Positions 46,900 through 59,200 of a stretch of DNA of 64,000 nucleotides are shown one piece after another. A program made the position numbers and the translations under genes. The stretch's first letter is position 1; each line of letters begins with the position of its first letter. The notes under the pieces are model-generated. The model made no database searches. It saw nothing but the letters and a program-made list of their open reading frames with translations, and had not been told where the DNA came from. Source of the DNA: Anthoceros angustus (Eukaryota > Plantae > Anthocerotophyta); the NCBI GenBank assembly GCA_010909165.1, contig VJWM01000209.1:248001-312000 (forward strand). The letters run 5' to 3'.

Positions 46900-48330
46900 A
46901 CATTCCAAAAATCCTCCATGTCATTTACAGAGTGCGTCGCAGCTCACTGAGCCTCCTCCTTTGATGGCATCGTAGCCCACTTCGCCACAAATGCCATTCG
47001 GATGGGCTTCGCGCCTCGGCCCGAATGGATTAGTACTGCATCAGTGCTTCGCACGAGCATCCATGCCTTCTTGGCACCGCCACACCCCTTTCCCTCGAGC
47101 TAGCTCTTGCACTCCAGCCTCCACTGCCTTCCTCCACTCCGAGAAAACCACATTCCCAGGACGCAGGTGTCTCTCGTAATCGCCCTTATTCCTTACCTGC
47201 TCTGCTGCCTCCTTCACCCGTGTCCTTACGAAATAGTTGCGCGAGCGCAGGCAAGCGGAAAATTTCTTCCGTATGAAATCCAAGTTCTTGATGTGAGGAA
47301 ACTCCCCTGCAACCAAGTCCATGTAGAGTCTAATCGCCGCCTTTCCAACTGTGCCCCATTTTCATCCGTGTGATGACCAACTCATGAACGCGTTTGCCGA
47401 ACGCATCCTTGTCATCCTCTCTTCCTCGTCCAAACATTCCCCCCCGGCCAGCTGCACACTGTGCGCCCATGACCTCCACCTTCAGCAATTCTGCTGAGAC
47501 CTCGTCCTTCCCATGGAGGAGTGCAAGTGCTTTCAATGCTTCTGATAACGGAACCTCGTCCAGCCGCTTCAAAACCTCATGTTCCTGGTCCGCGACCGTG
47601 GCATCGGTGGCTCCCCCTCGGCAGCGGCCATGCGGCGGTGCCATAATGGGAGAAAACGCTGCTGCACTCCCGAGTCTTCCTCCGCGTGGACTTGCTCCAA
47701 GGGAGGCAGCCCGTCCTCTGAGTCTTCCTCCAATGGAAGCGGACTGCCTCCTTCACCCGTGTCCTTACGAAATAGTTGCGCGAGCAGTGGAAAATTTCTT
47801 CCGTATGAAATCCAAGTTCTTGATGTGAAACTCCCACGCAACCAAGTCCATCAGTAGTCCGTTATGCGTCTTGCGTTTCCAAGCTGTGCCCCATTTTCAT
47901 CCGTGATGACCAACTCATGAGCAGCGTTTGCGCATCCTTGTCATCCTCTCTTCCTCGTCCAAACATTCCCCGGCCGGTACAGCCGCTTGACCTCCACCTT
48001 CAGCAATTCTGAGACCTCGTCCTTCCATGGAGGAGTGCAAGTGCTTTCAATGCTTACGATAACGGAACCTCGTCCGCCAAAACCTCATGTTCTGGTCGAC
48101 GTGGCACGGTGGCTCCCCCTGGCGGCGGCATGCGGCGGTGCCATAATGGGAGAAAAGCAGCTGCTTGCACTCCAGTCTTCCTCGCGTGGACTTGCTCCAA
48201 GGAGGCAGCCTCCTCAGTCTTCCTCCAATGGAAGGACCCCTCCTCCTCGCTCCCATATCTGCAGTCATCCTCCAAATGCACCTCCTCGAGGCCCCTCCTC
48301 GGTTCCCTCCACATAGCCATCTTGCTTGTG
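46900..48330 (-). pseudogene. CACTA accessory (TnpA-like) remnants, partly tandem-duplicated (period ~540 bp from ~47207)
   Basis: EFPHIKNLDFIRKKFSACLRSRNYFVRTRVKE..RPGNVVFSEWRKAV. tgcctccttcacccgtgtcc occurs at ~47207 and ~47747. Confidence 0.45.
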
Positions 48331-48838
48331 TCAGAATGATGAATCATCGAGTCAAATACAACCGCTGGTACCGTGATCGTTGAAGGCAAAAAATACCGAA
48401 ATGAGGCAAAATCAAGCACCTTTGATGCAAGGTCCGGACTACAGCTTACCTCATTCCAGCCATGGCTTGGATTCCACACGATGACACTTCCTCCACGCTC
48501 TGATTTGAACAAAATGCCGCGCCCTCTGCCCTCACACCATCCGGGTGACTCGAGCCTACGTCATTCCCCGGGATGATTGGCAAGACGATGGGTTCGACGA
48601 TGTCGAGGTGGTGTATGATGCCGATGGCGGCTTTGTGTTTGTTGGGTTAGGTTGAGGTACAACATCGGCGTAGCTTGAACACAAGCATAAACATGGCGAT
48701 TACAAGGTGCTGACTCATATTAAAAGCCACATCCGGCTTGAATTACAAAGCCACATCAAATCGCTTTGCATGGGCAGACTGATTGGGGCCCCAGCTGGCC
48801 CATCAGACATGTTGTGCTGGTGACTGGGCTCCGGCCAG

Positions 48839-51225
48839 GCAAGAGGCACGGTCGGCCCCTTCGTGCAATTCTCCTTGTGCGCCTTGGGCTGAGAATTGCT
48901 TGTCATGATTGCACTTGAATGGATGACCATGGTTGAGTCCCGTTCGAGTCTAGATATAGTCCGCAGTCAATGAGGAGTAGTGACCGTGGTCAAAGAAGCT
49001 CCTCATTTTCCGGTGATACCACGCCACCATAAAACCTGGATCTTGGACGGCGGATCTAGTCTCGTGGCTCGGCTTCTGCTACATGCTAAGATGTTACTCC
49101 GGTGGTGTGTTGCGACCCAATCTTTGAGGGACTCAATCATCGCCCATTGACCACGGTTTGGTTTTGACTCGGCTTCTCTTTAAGATGAATCGGCCATTGA
49201 TGCATTGATCTCCATTCTTGGCAGAACCCAGAATCGATGCGATGGAGGATGAGGAGGCCCAGTCTCCTCGATGGCGACTGCACGTTGTTGCACGAACAAC
49301 AACAGAGGACATTGAGCAAGCACGCACTCAATATTCACTTCCATGGCCAAATGCTTCACCAGATCGCCTTGGAGATGGAACCGATGAAGCGGAAAGTCCA
49401 GAAGATGGGTTCTACAGTCGCGACACCGTGATCCGCCTCTTCAACTTTTGCATGGATTGTGTGATTTGCTCTATGCCTTTCAGGCCCTCAGACATCACCA
49501 GATGCCCGAGGCACAAGAAGTTGGTGGCTTAAATGCCGGCTGTGACCAGAATCCGCTTCTTCCAAAGCAGGCGTTTGGGTGGCAAGCCAAGCAAGCCATC
49601 ACCACCTGTGATGGAAGGTTTGCATATAGTTTTCATCATTCGGAAGTTTTCACATTGCACCTATTGTATGTTATCGATTTTCCAAAATACCTAATCCCAT
49701 GCTCCTATTGTATGTTATCGATTTTCCAAATTACCTAATCCCACACGGCTTGACCTGATTTGGTATTGGAGTGCATATCATCCACCTCCTCCCCGCCACG
49801 GCATGATGTCGGGGGTACAAAAGGCGACATGTATGGGGAAGGTGTATGGGCCGGTCTTGTGGTCCCGGCGATATTGGTATGGTTTCCGGTGTCAATGTTG
49901 TAAAGCCCTTTGAAATCCATCTCCATGGACCTTTGGCCTCCTAGTCATGCCTCAAACCAATCCACCTCAAAAATGAAGAAGCTAACGTTTCCTTCCTCAC
50001 CGCAACCTCCGATTAGGCAAGAGGCACGGTCGGCCCCTTCCAGGCAATTCTCCTTGTGCGCCTTGGGCTGAGAATTGCTTGTCATGATTGCACTTGAATG
50101 GATGACCATGGTTGAGTCCCGTTCGAGTCTAGATATAGTCCGCAGTCAATGAGGAGTAGTGACCGTGGTCAAAGAAGCTCCTCATTTTCCGGTGATACCC
50201 TGCCACCACAGCCTGACGGATCTTGGACGGCCAGATCTAGTCTCGTGCCTGCTGTCTCTGTGCTAACTGATGTTACTCCAGCTGGTGTGTTGCGACCCAA
50301 TGCTGGGGACTCATCAATCATACGCCCATTGACCACAGCGTTTGGTTTTGACTCGGCTTCTCTTTAAGATGAATCGGCCATTGATGCATTGATCTCCAGT
50401 CATGGCAGACCCGGGCTTACCTGAATCGATGCCAGTGGAGGATGAGGAGGCCCCAGTCTCCTCTGATGACAGCACCGAGTTGTTGCCTGAACAACAACAA
50501 GAGGACATTGAGCAAACGCGCACTCAAATCGCAGCCATGCAGCTTCCATGGCCAAATGCTTCACCAGATCGCCTTGGAGATGGAACCGATGAAGCGGAAA
50601 GTCCAGAAGATGGGTTCTACAGTCGCGACACCGTGATCCGCCTCTTCAACTTTTGCATGGATTGTGTGATTTGCTCTATGTTTTCAGGCCTCGACATCAC
50701 CAGATGCCCGAGGCACGAGAAGTTGGTGGCTTCTGCCCGACTGTGATGAATCCGCTTCTTCCAAAGCAGGCGTTTGGGTGGCAAGCCAAGCAAGCCATCA
50801 CCACCTATGATGGAAGGTTTGCATATAGTTTTCATCATTCGGAAGTTTTCACATTGCACCTATTGTATGTTATACGATTTTCCAAAATACCTAATCCCAT
50901 GCTCCTATTGTATGTTATACGATTTTCCAAATTACCTAATCCCACACGGCTTGACCAGCAGTTTTCGCTGGTATTGGAGTGCATATCATCCACCCCCCCC
51001 CCGCCCTGGCATGATGTCAGGGTGTACAAAGGCTTGGCTGACATGTATGGGGAAGGTGTATGGGCCGGTCTTGTGGTCCCGACGATATTGGTATGGTTTC
51101 CCGGTGTCAATGTTGTAGAAGCCACTGAAATCCATCTCCATGGACACTGGCCTCCTAGTCATGCTGCACTCAAACCAATCCACCTCAAAAATGAAGAAGC
51201 TAACGTTTCCTTCCTCACACGCAAC
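48839..51225. repeat. Tandem duplication, period ~1178 bp
   Basis: ggcaagaggcacggtcggcccc occurs at ~48839 and ~50017. Copy 1 carries more deletions. Confidence 0.88.
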
Positions 51226-52010
51226 CTCCAGTATATCCCGAATCTGGCCGAAAAATTCCTGGCCTGCCACGTGGCCGTCCATGGCAAAATTGCCGTGAAC
51301 CTAACTGTCACATGTGGCTCGCCAGGTTTCGTCCGCCTGCCTGGTGCGGAAGTGGTACCCATGGGCCTCGAGGCCACGATATGACATGACCTTTGTACGC
51401 GGACCATATGCCAAGGCCCTTATGACATGGGCGTGATCCAGCCCATCGAACCCGCCTGCATCAGCCGTTTCCAGGGCCCATGTCATGAAGTCACAGGTAT
51501 GTGGACCGGTCGCAGTGCACATTTGTCGGGCTAGCTCCATTGTTGCTGAATGAGACAATAAATACCAATGAAGGCGTGTCCTGTTGTCTGCACTAAGCCC
51601 TTTTTTGGTACCCTTGCCAATAGGCCGCTCTCCCTCCGTGTTCGATAATTTCACCCAAACAAGTGTGCACGACTTGGGTGCATAGCTCATATACTCACGA
51701 AGCATAGTGCATGGCCTCCATAGCCAAATAACCTGTTGCCATGCTCCCTTCCGGACGAGCTCTTTGCCGCACATGATTTTTCAAGACTTGCATATATCGC
51801 TCAATTATATACATCCACCGACAATGTACGGTACCATGTGTCTCTACTTCGTCAACTAGATGTATTATGATATGTTGCATGATATTCCAGAACAATGATG
51901 GCATATGGCATTCCAGGTCTACGACCGCATCAATGGCTTCCTGTTTTTTCATTGGTATGTGTGGAGTGTAACCTTGTGTCCCGGGACACCGTGAGGTCCA
52001 CATTTACCCT
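50930..52010 (-). pseudogene. CACTA transposase C-terminal part (DUF4218- and DUF4216-like)
   Basis: LECHMPSLFWNIMQHIIIHLVDEVETHGTVHCRWMYIIERYMQVLKNHVRQRARPEGSMATGY and FFGQIRDILEV..FIFEVDWF..PYTFPIHVSQAFVHPD. Confidence 0.85.
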
Positions 52011-52699
52011 CAATGTCGTCGTAGTCTTGGGATTCGCTCCCAAGGGAATGATTTGTGCCAAGAGACGCTAACTTCTATCGTTACTGACCTTTACCTAAGT
52101 TAGGACTGTTCCTGCTATTCCTCCTCTCACCTATCTTTTCGTCTACTACTACTTTCCAACTTGTCTAACTACCACGGATCTTTTCCACGACCTCAAACTT
52201 ATTCTACGACCTCCGTTCCCGAGCTACTACCGCGGTGGCTCTTACCACTACCGGGTAGTTACTACGACCACCGAGGTGGGTCCCACACCAAACCCTAGCG
52301 ACTCATCTCTGGCGCACGGCGCCACGGGTCCCTATCATGGGCGGCTACCGCTGCTTCCAGATCAGGTTTTATTCTGCACCCCACACTCCGTACTCACACA
52401 CACATCGATTCTTAGGGACCAACGTTCCACAGATCCCTCTCAACCGCTTCACACACACACACAGGGGCCGCCTTCACACAATTCTGGAAGGAATGATATT
52501 TCCTCTTGTGCTCACCTTCACGAACAGCTCCGTTTTGGGATCCTCTCTGATCTGCGCAATTTCCACTGTTAGTCGCTTAGTTAGTTCTCTTCCTCAACTT
52601 CTCCACACTGCCTTACACCTCGCATCGCGTACAGTGCTCAGCCACTCTTTCTTCTCCTCCTCGATCCACCTCCTCCACTTTTCTCTCTTTCATCACGCC

Positions 52700-54480
52700 C
52701 TCAGGCTTCCATTCACACACACCACATACACTCTTAATTTCGGAACACAGCCAGCAGAAGGAAGGGTAAGGGGAGGAAGAATTCTCAAGGCCACAGGCAC
52801 AGAGCAAGCTCCGACCCGCGCCAATCCCTCGATTTTCCCCTCCTCGGTCGTGAGGATGCTCACTCACCTCCCTCCGCCTCTGGAGCAAGCTCGACCACCC
52901 CTAGGCGTCTCGCACACCCTACCTCATCGATCGGACGTCTCCAACCAGCCACAGGCGGGGATCTCAACCAAATTATCTCGCCGAGGGGCACACGCCCTCT
53001 TATACATCGGATGGGCGCCATGCCCTGATTTTTAGGTCCCAAGATGGCCATCATGAAGGCGCACCCACAATTCGGGCGATCTTAGGTCCAAGCAAGATCC
53101 TAACCAAATCTATCCTTAGGATGCTATCACCTATCTCGCCACGCTTATCGCGCCTCCTCGACTTGGCCGGCCTTCGTCCTCCATCGCTGCCACGAGCCCT
53201 CCCGCCACGCCCGATCCGACAGTTTTCCACAATACTTCCACCTCACCACCGCTGGACGCCCCTAATTTGAGGTGTATCGCCTGAGCTTCCGCTTGCCGCC
53301 TATTGCCGAGGATTATTACGGTTCCTCGTCCACCCAAGCTGGACCTCCTCCTCACTTAACTCCTCCAAAGTCGCCTGATAATAGGGGGCCAACCCCACAC
53401 TGGGCGCAGGTAGAAGTATGCACTTCGAGTCCTCACTTGCAGTAGGTAGGCCCTGATCCCTCCTATTTCCACACGCACATGGATAGTGAGGTTAAGCACT
53501 GCCCCATTCACATATAGACCAGAACATAAGTTTCCTCATCCATGTGCCGCAACATAATAGGACCTCCTCGCAGTGAGGTGCTTACCCCTCCTCGGGCTTT
53601 CATTCACACACCACATACACTCTTAACGGAACCGTGGCGAAGGAAGGGTAAGGGAGGAAGAATTAGGCATCCGCCGGGCGTGCAGGCAAGCTCCGACCGC
53701 CCGCGCCAATCCCTCGATTTCCCCTCCTCAAACTGAGGATCGCTCACTCACCTCCCCTCCGCCCGTCTGCCGGAGCAAGCTCGACCACCCCTAGGCGTCG
53801 CACACCCTACCTCATCGATCGGACGTCTCCAACCAGCCACAGGCGGTGTGGGGATCTCAACCAAATTATGCTCTGGGAGGCTGGTCGCCCCTCTTATACA
53901 TCGGATGGGCGCCATGCCCTAGATTTTTAGGTCCCAAGGTGGCCATCATGAAGGCGCACCCACAATTCGGGCGATCTTAGTCCAAGTAATCTTAACCAAA
54001 TCTATCCTTAGGATGCTATCACCTTCTCTCACGCTTGTCTGCTGCGCCCTCCTCGACTTGGCACAGCCTTGTCCTCCATCGCTGCCACGAGCCCTCCCGC
54101 CAGTCAGCGGGTTTCCCTGATACTTCCACCTCACACGCTGCTGGGCGTCCTAATTTGAGGTGTATCGCCTGGAGCTTCGCGTCTTCCGCTTGCCGCCTGT
54201 GAGGATTATTACGGTTCCTCGTCCACCCAACTGGACCTCCTCACTTAACTCCTCCAAAGTCGCCTCCGCATAATAGGGGGCCAACCCCACACTCAGGCGC
54301 ATGGTAGAAGTATGCACTTCAGTCCTCACTTGCGGTGAGTAGGCCCATCCCTCCTATTTCCACGCACATGGATAGTGAGGTTAAGCCACGCGTTCCCCAT
54401 TCACATATAGACCGAATATAAGTTTCCTCATCCATGTGCAACATAATAGGACCTCCTCTGCGGTGAGGTGCTTACCCCTC
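52700..54480. repeat. Tandem duplication, period ~890 bp, in unclassified sequence
   Basis: ttcattcacacaccacatacactcttaa occurs at ~52708 and ~53600. Junction microhomology ccctc. Confidence 0.85.
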
Positions 54481-56207
54481 CTCCGTGGCTACACACAGTG
54501 GCTTGGCTCATGTCCTCGCGAGGCGCCACGTCGCATCCTCGCCGCCCGCCTCTGGCCGCTTGAGTTGGGCTCGCCAATGCGGTGGCGGCTTCCGCTACGC
54601 GGTGGTGGACTCCACGGTTTGCCCGCTCAAAGAACCCCAGAGTGCCACCGTTGCGCTTTTCCTTCGCGTAGTTCCTTCCACTACCCGGTCGTGGTCCTGC
54701 TACCTCGCCTTTTCCCTTATCCTTTCGCTCGGCCACGTGCCTCATCCCGCCTCCGCTTATACTGCTCCGCCAGGGCCTTTCCACAGAGGCCGCCTCTTGC
54801 TCGGGCTAACAGCCTCCCCTGCATCTCTTGGTTCGTCTCATGGGCATCCTTAATTTGAGCCATGAGCTTCCGCCGACATGGCTCAACTTCCCGAGCCCCG
54901 CACAAATCCTCCTCAATCTTGGCTCTTTTTCCTCTAGGTCTCGCTTGTCTTCCTCCGGTTGCTTGCGCTTGGCCTCCCTTCACAAACCCGGCCTTCACTA
55001 CTTCCTCCGCCGCCTTGCACATCGAGCCATGTGAGAGCCAAGGCCGCTTGATCTAACAAACTGCAGTCTTGACCATCGATGTGGCCCCTGCAAATCCAAT
55101 TGTGGCGGCCCGCGCTGCACGCCATCCCTCGTCGAGCACCTTCCTTCCCAGAAGGTGCGCACCACCAATCTGGCCGCATCCACTGCTGCTGGAGTCCTTG
55201 AAAATCTCCTCCCATGCCGAGGAGAGGTCCGCTCGAGGTTCACCCTAATTCCTCGAGGTTGGTTCATCATCATCCGTCCAAGAAATTGCCTTCCTCCCGC
55301 CTCTTCTTCCGCCACCTCAACCTGCCGATTGGCCTTTACTTTCTGCAGCGCCCGCCTTCGACCTGGTGACGCGCGCGTCCACCTTCACCTTTTCACGAGG
55401 CCCGCCCGCCTTCCTCTTCTTATTGGTGGAAATTTCTTCTTCCTCGTAGCTGCCCGCGCCACGACTCTGCACTGCCCCGATTCCACCTCGATTTCCTCCT
55501 TGGGCTCCTCCGCCTTCCACTTCACCTCCCTAACCGGCTTCCACATGTGAAGGAGGCCACAATTTCCACCTCCATTGGCATGCATAAAGATGGACCAGAA
55601 GGTGAAATTAGAGAGGGCCGGTAGGAGCAATCGTTCATCCTCTCTTCACACAATTTGTCAAAGAGAATCCGTCATCGATTTTGCTTGACAACTTCATGGA
55701 GGAACAATGAAGTGGTCGACAAATAATCCCCGCTTCTTGTCAGAAGAAACCCTGGACCACGGCCAGCCCATCAATCAGGTCTTTGTGCCAAGTCAACCAA
55801 GGTTCCCCGGATTGCCCGCCTTAACGGCGATGCTGCTGGCAGGCTCCTTTCCTAAAGGTTCCATCACCAACCCACGGCCTCCTCCATCTAGCCCATGTAC
55901 CCTCCTAACCAATTCCAGATCCCAATCCTAGGGCCTCGCTCTAATCCCTTCGCCCGATTGCTTGCCTTTCAGATGGCGGGCACACTCTGTCTCCAGTTTC
56001 ACGTAATTCCAGCGCTTCTCCATGAAACCCATCCTTCACCAATTCCCCAAATTTCGGACTCTCAATGGTCCATGTTTGGCCATTGCAAACACAATCTCAG
56101 AATTGTGACCTTGGCGCCATCCCCTCATTCCCGCCTCCGCTGAAATGGGTGAAGTCTTGCTCGAAATTCCTAGCGGGTCCCGGCCGTCCAGTGTTCCTTC
56201 CTTCTCA

Positions 56208-59200
56208 CCCTACTAAATGGGCACCCTATGTTACACTTTTATTAAGATTTGGACCCTGGATGTAACACTCATGTTACAATTTTATGTCATGTAACACTTT
56301 TGGGCCCCTTGTTACACTTTGGCTTGGAAACCATACCACGGTGCATCGTTGCAATCATGTTGCAATGGTGTTGCAATTATGTTAAGATGAAGTGAGAGGT
56401 GGTTTTGCCCTCTCTCAAAATTGCAACATGATTGCAACATTCAAAGTGTTACAAGAGAGTCTTGTAACACTTTTGGAGAGCAATGCCAACCTCCTCCCCA
56501 TCCACCCGCCCTTTTACTTTTGCCCTTTGAAATACCACGTTTTACTTGGTAGTTACCAAATACGCCCTTCAATACGACCATATACAAATACTGTATCAAT
56601 ACATCATTGTACTATATGCATGTAGTCTACTGATGATAAATGTAATGTATTATTCTAAGTGCTATACGGACGTATTCAATTTCATATAAAATAAGTTTGT
56701 ATATTACAGCGTATTACATTACCTTTGATGCATATATATTCATGGTATGATACTTTGTATTTACTATACGTGTAAATAGCGACTCCCTTATAATTCCCTA
56801 CTTTATAGCATGCTGGCTTGCGGTTTGTCCTTCCACGTCAACAATAGCCATCGGCTTCATCATAAGCGAAGATATTGTCCCCACCTATCACCTTATTGTG
56901 ACGTATCAACGAGGTTATGCCCCTACAAGATTGTCAGGCGGAAATTTGGTATGCGGCGGCTTATGCTTTTACGCCTCCATGTAAGGCACTTCCACTGGCC
57001 ATGATGCACCCAGAAACTTCCGCCTCCCGCTCGATTCGCAATTTTCTTCTTCCCTCCCACTTTGCGAGGCAAGCTTTGCCACTTCCTCCGCTTCCCTCAC
57101 ACGCCGCACATATTACACATACAAACCAAGCATGGCCACAGTTATCCAGTTAATGGGTTTCCACAAGCTGTCCATTTGCCTTACCTTCCCTCCAGCCCCT
57201 CCTCTTTTCTTACGCCCTTCTTGCTGGACATTTTCTCTTCCGTCCTCCTTCTTCCATTTGTAGCCCGTTGTATGTCTTGCCCACATGGCCGCCTCCTCTA
57301 CTCCTCCTCCTGTTTTCCTCTTTGGCCTCCACCCTTTATCACGGTGGCATTGCCTCAACTGGGCTCCACTGCGAGTCCATGCATGCCTCAAAGATCCGCA
57401 AGGTATATGTCTGCAGCATAGTAGGCTGTCGTCCTCTTCAAGCCTCCTCTCCAAGGCTCCATGTTCTCTCGCAGGCGTCCCCGTCCCTGTCCCCGGCCTC
57501 CATCGCATTGGCCTTTTGCCGATATCAACTGCACCTGTTGCCCTCTTAGTCCTCCTTCATTCTCTCTCCCCTCGACATGCCTCATGTTCGTTCGCCTTTT
57601 GCCCGGCTCATGGTCACCTGTGGGTGATCCACTCTTGTCCGCCTCCGCCACCCGCTCCTCCTAGTCCCCTGCGATTTTTTATTGCCATAGTACACAAGTG
57701 TGTTTCTTCCTAGTAATGACGGATTTGCCCCCTCCATTATCACCACCCTCACCGCCTCCACACACCTTGTTCCCGCCTCCATCAATCGTCGCTCCACTCC
57801 CCAGTCCCAACGCCTCCACCCTCCCCATACATGATCACAGCGGTCGCGGGCACCCTCCACCTCTTTTCCATTATTTGCTTGCCGCCCACTGCAGCCCTCG
57901 CTGCCGTGCCTCCATTGACCCCAATCCGGCATGCGGCTTCCACCATCCCTAGGCAATCCGTGGTGTGCACCACCTGTCACGTCCACCTGCTGTCCTGGTT
58001 CCCCTCCCCTCACTTCCTCCCCTCCACATGCTTCCTCAAGATCGCGCCTCACTTCCACTTCCCCGCTCCTTGTTCGCCGTCGCTTTCCCCATTCAAAGTC
58101 CTGTCCTCGCCTCCTGGCCTCCTTCCTCCCAAGCCCCTTCCGCGCCATCCATTCCTTGATAGCCTCTCGTCGTCCATGTCACCACCTCGTACCATCGTTG
58201 CCCCCACCCCTTCCTTCCGTCGTCTCGGAAAGGCCACCATATCGAGATCCATCTTCAATTCAATGTCGTTAAGAAAAATGGTCATTTCCTTGTTCTCCTT
58301 GCAATAGCCTCGAACCTCTAGGATCTTTTCATACACTCCCTATCTTACTCAAAGGAACTCGTGCAGAACCCCACTATCGCCCCTTTCCACGATTTCCACC
58401 CTTTCCCTTCAAGCAATCGTGCCACCGCCCGCCCCTCGAAGGTTGCCTCCCCTGTCTCCAAGCTTGAACGCTGCCGGCATGCGGTGCACATGTGTTACCG
58501 CTTGTCCACCATGCCCACTCATCGCCCGCAAACTTAACGTGTGCACACTTTGCCACTATTCTTGCCGTGCGTCTGCGAAAACCCACCTCATCCAATGTAA
58601 ATAGCTCTTCATCTATTTCCTTCACTTCGCACGCGGTGCTCCAACTCCGCATCCGTCGGGGCCGAGGTTCCACGCCCCAAAGTTGTCAAAATCAAGTCCG
58701 GGCTCGTGATAGCCCTCGCCTCTTTTCTCCTCGACGTCTTCGACGAGGAGGCGCTTCTTCACATCGCCGATGTCTAAATGGAGACCACTGGGTGCGGTGG
58801 ATGAGCGATAGCCCGAGGCCATTTGGCCCCTCATCCTCCCCACCGATGCATCGTCGGCGGCTGTCACAGGTACTATGCAGCGCCAGAATGCTGGACTCCC
58901 CTAGCAAGCTTCACCTCGCCATACTCCCCATCTGCCACCGTTGTCCACCACCTTCGTGCCATGCTGAAATGGCTTCCTCTCAGTGAAAGGTGCCAGCCAT
59001 GAGTCCCGGTCCGAATTCAAGGCTATTTTGAAAAAGCTTTGTTTGCAAAGGCCCGGTGGTTGTCATTTACTCCTCTTGGCATCGTGCACATGCTACTTGC
59101 CCATAATCGTAAACAATTTTCACACAACCTTGACAGACTTGGGAGCAAGTTTCATGTCCCATTAGTTACGACGTTACTCATGATGTATTATATTGCCCAT

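Larger units (their letters stand above)
45473..52010 (-). mobile_element. CACTA element 2 (one terminus; other end not found in window)
   Basis: CACTACAACAATACATGCCC starts exactly where the gag frame stops, preceded by TCT. It contains CACTA transposase C-terminal domains on the minus strand. Confidence 0.75.

Noticed and set aside
52015-52270. TGTCGTCGTAG...CTACGACCA as an LTR
   Set aside because: There is no second copy, PBS, PPT or TSD in the window.
58050-58700. VKFAGDEWAWW and neighbouring peptides as a Gypsy gag, and 59900-60300 as integrase GPY/F remnants
   Set aside because: The resemblance is only faint, with no RT or integrase catalytic motifs, so it is not supportable without a profile search.
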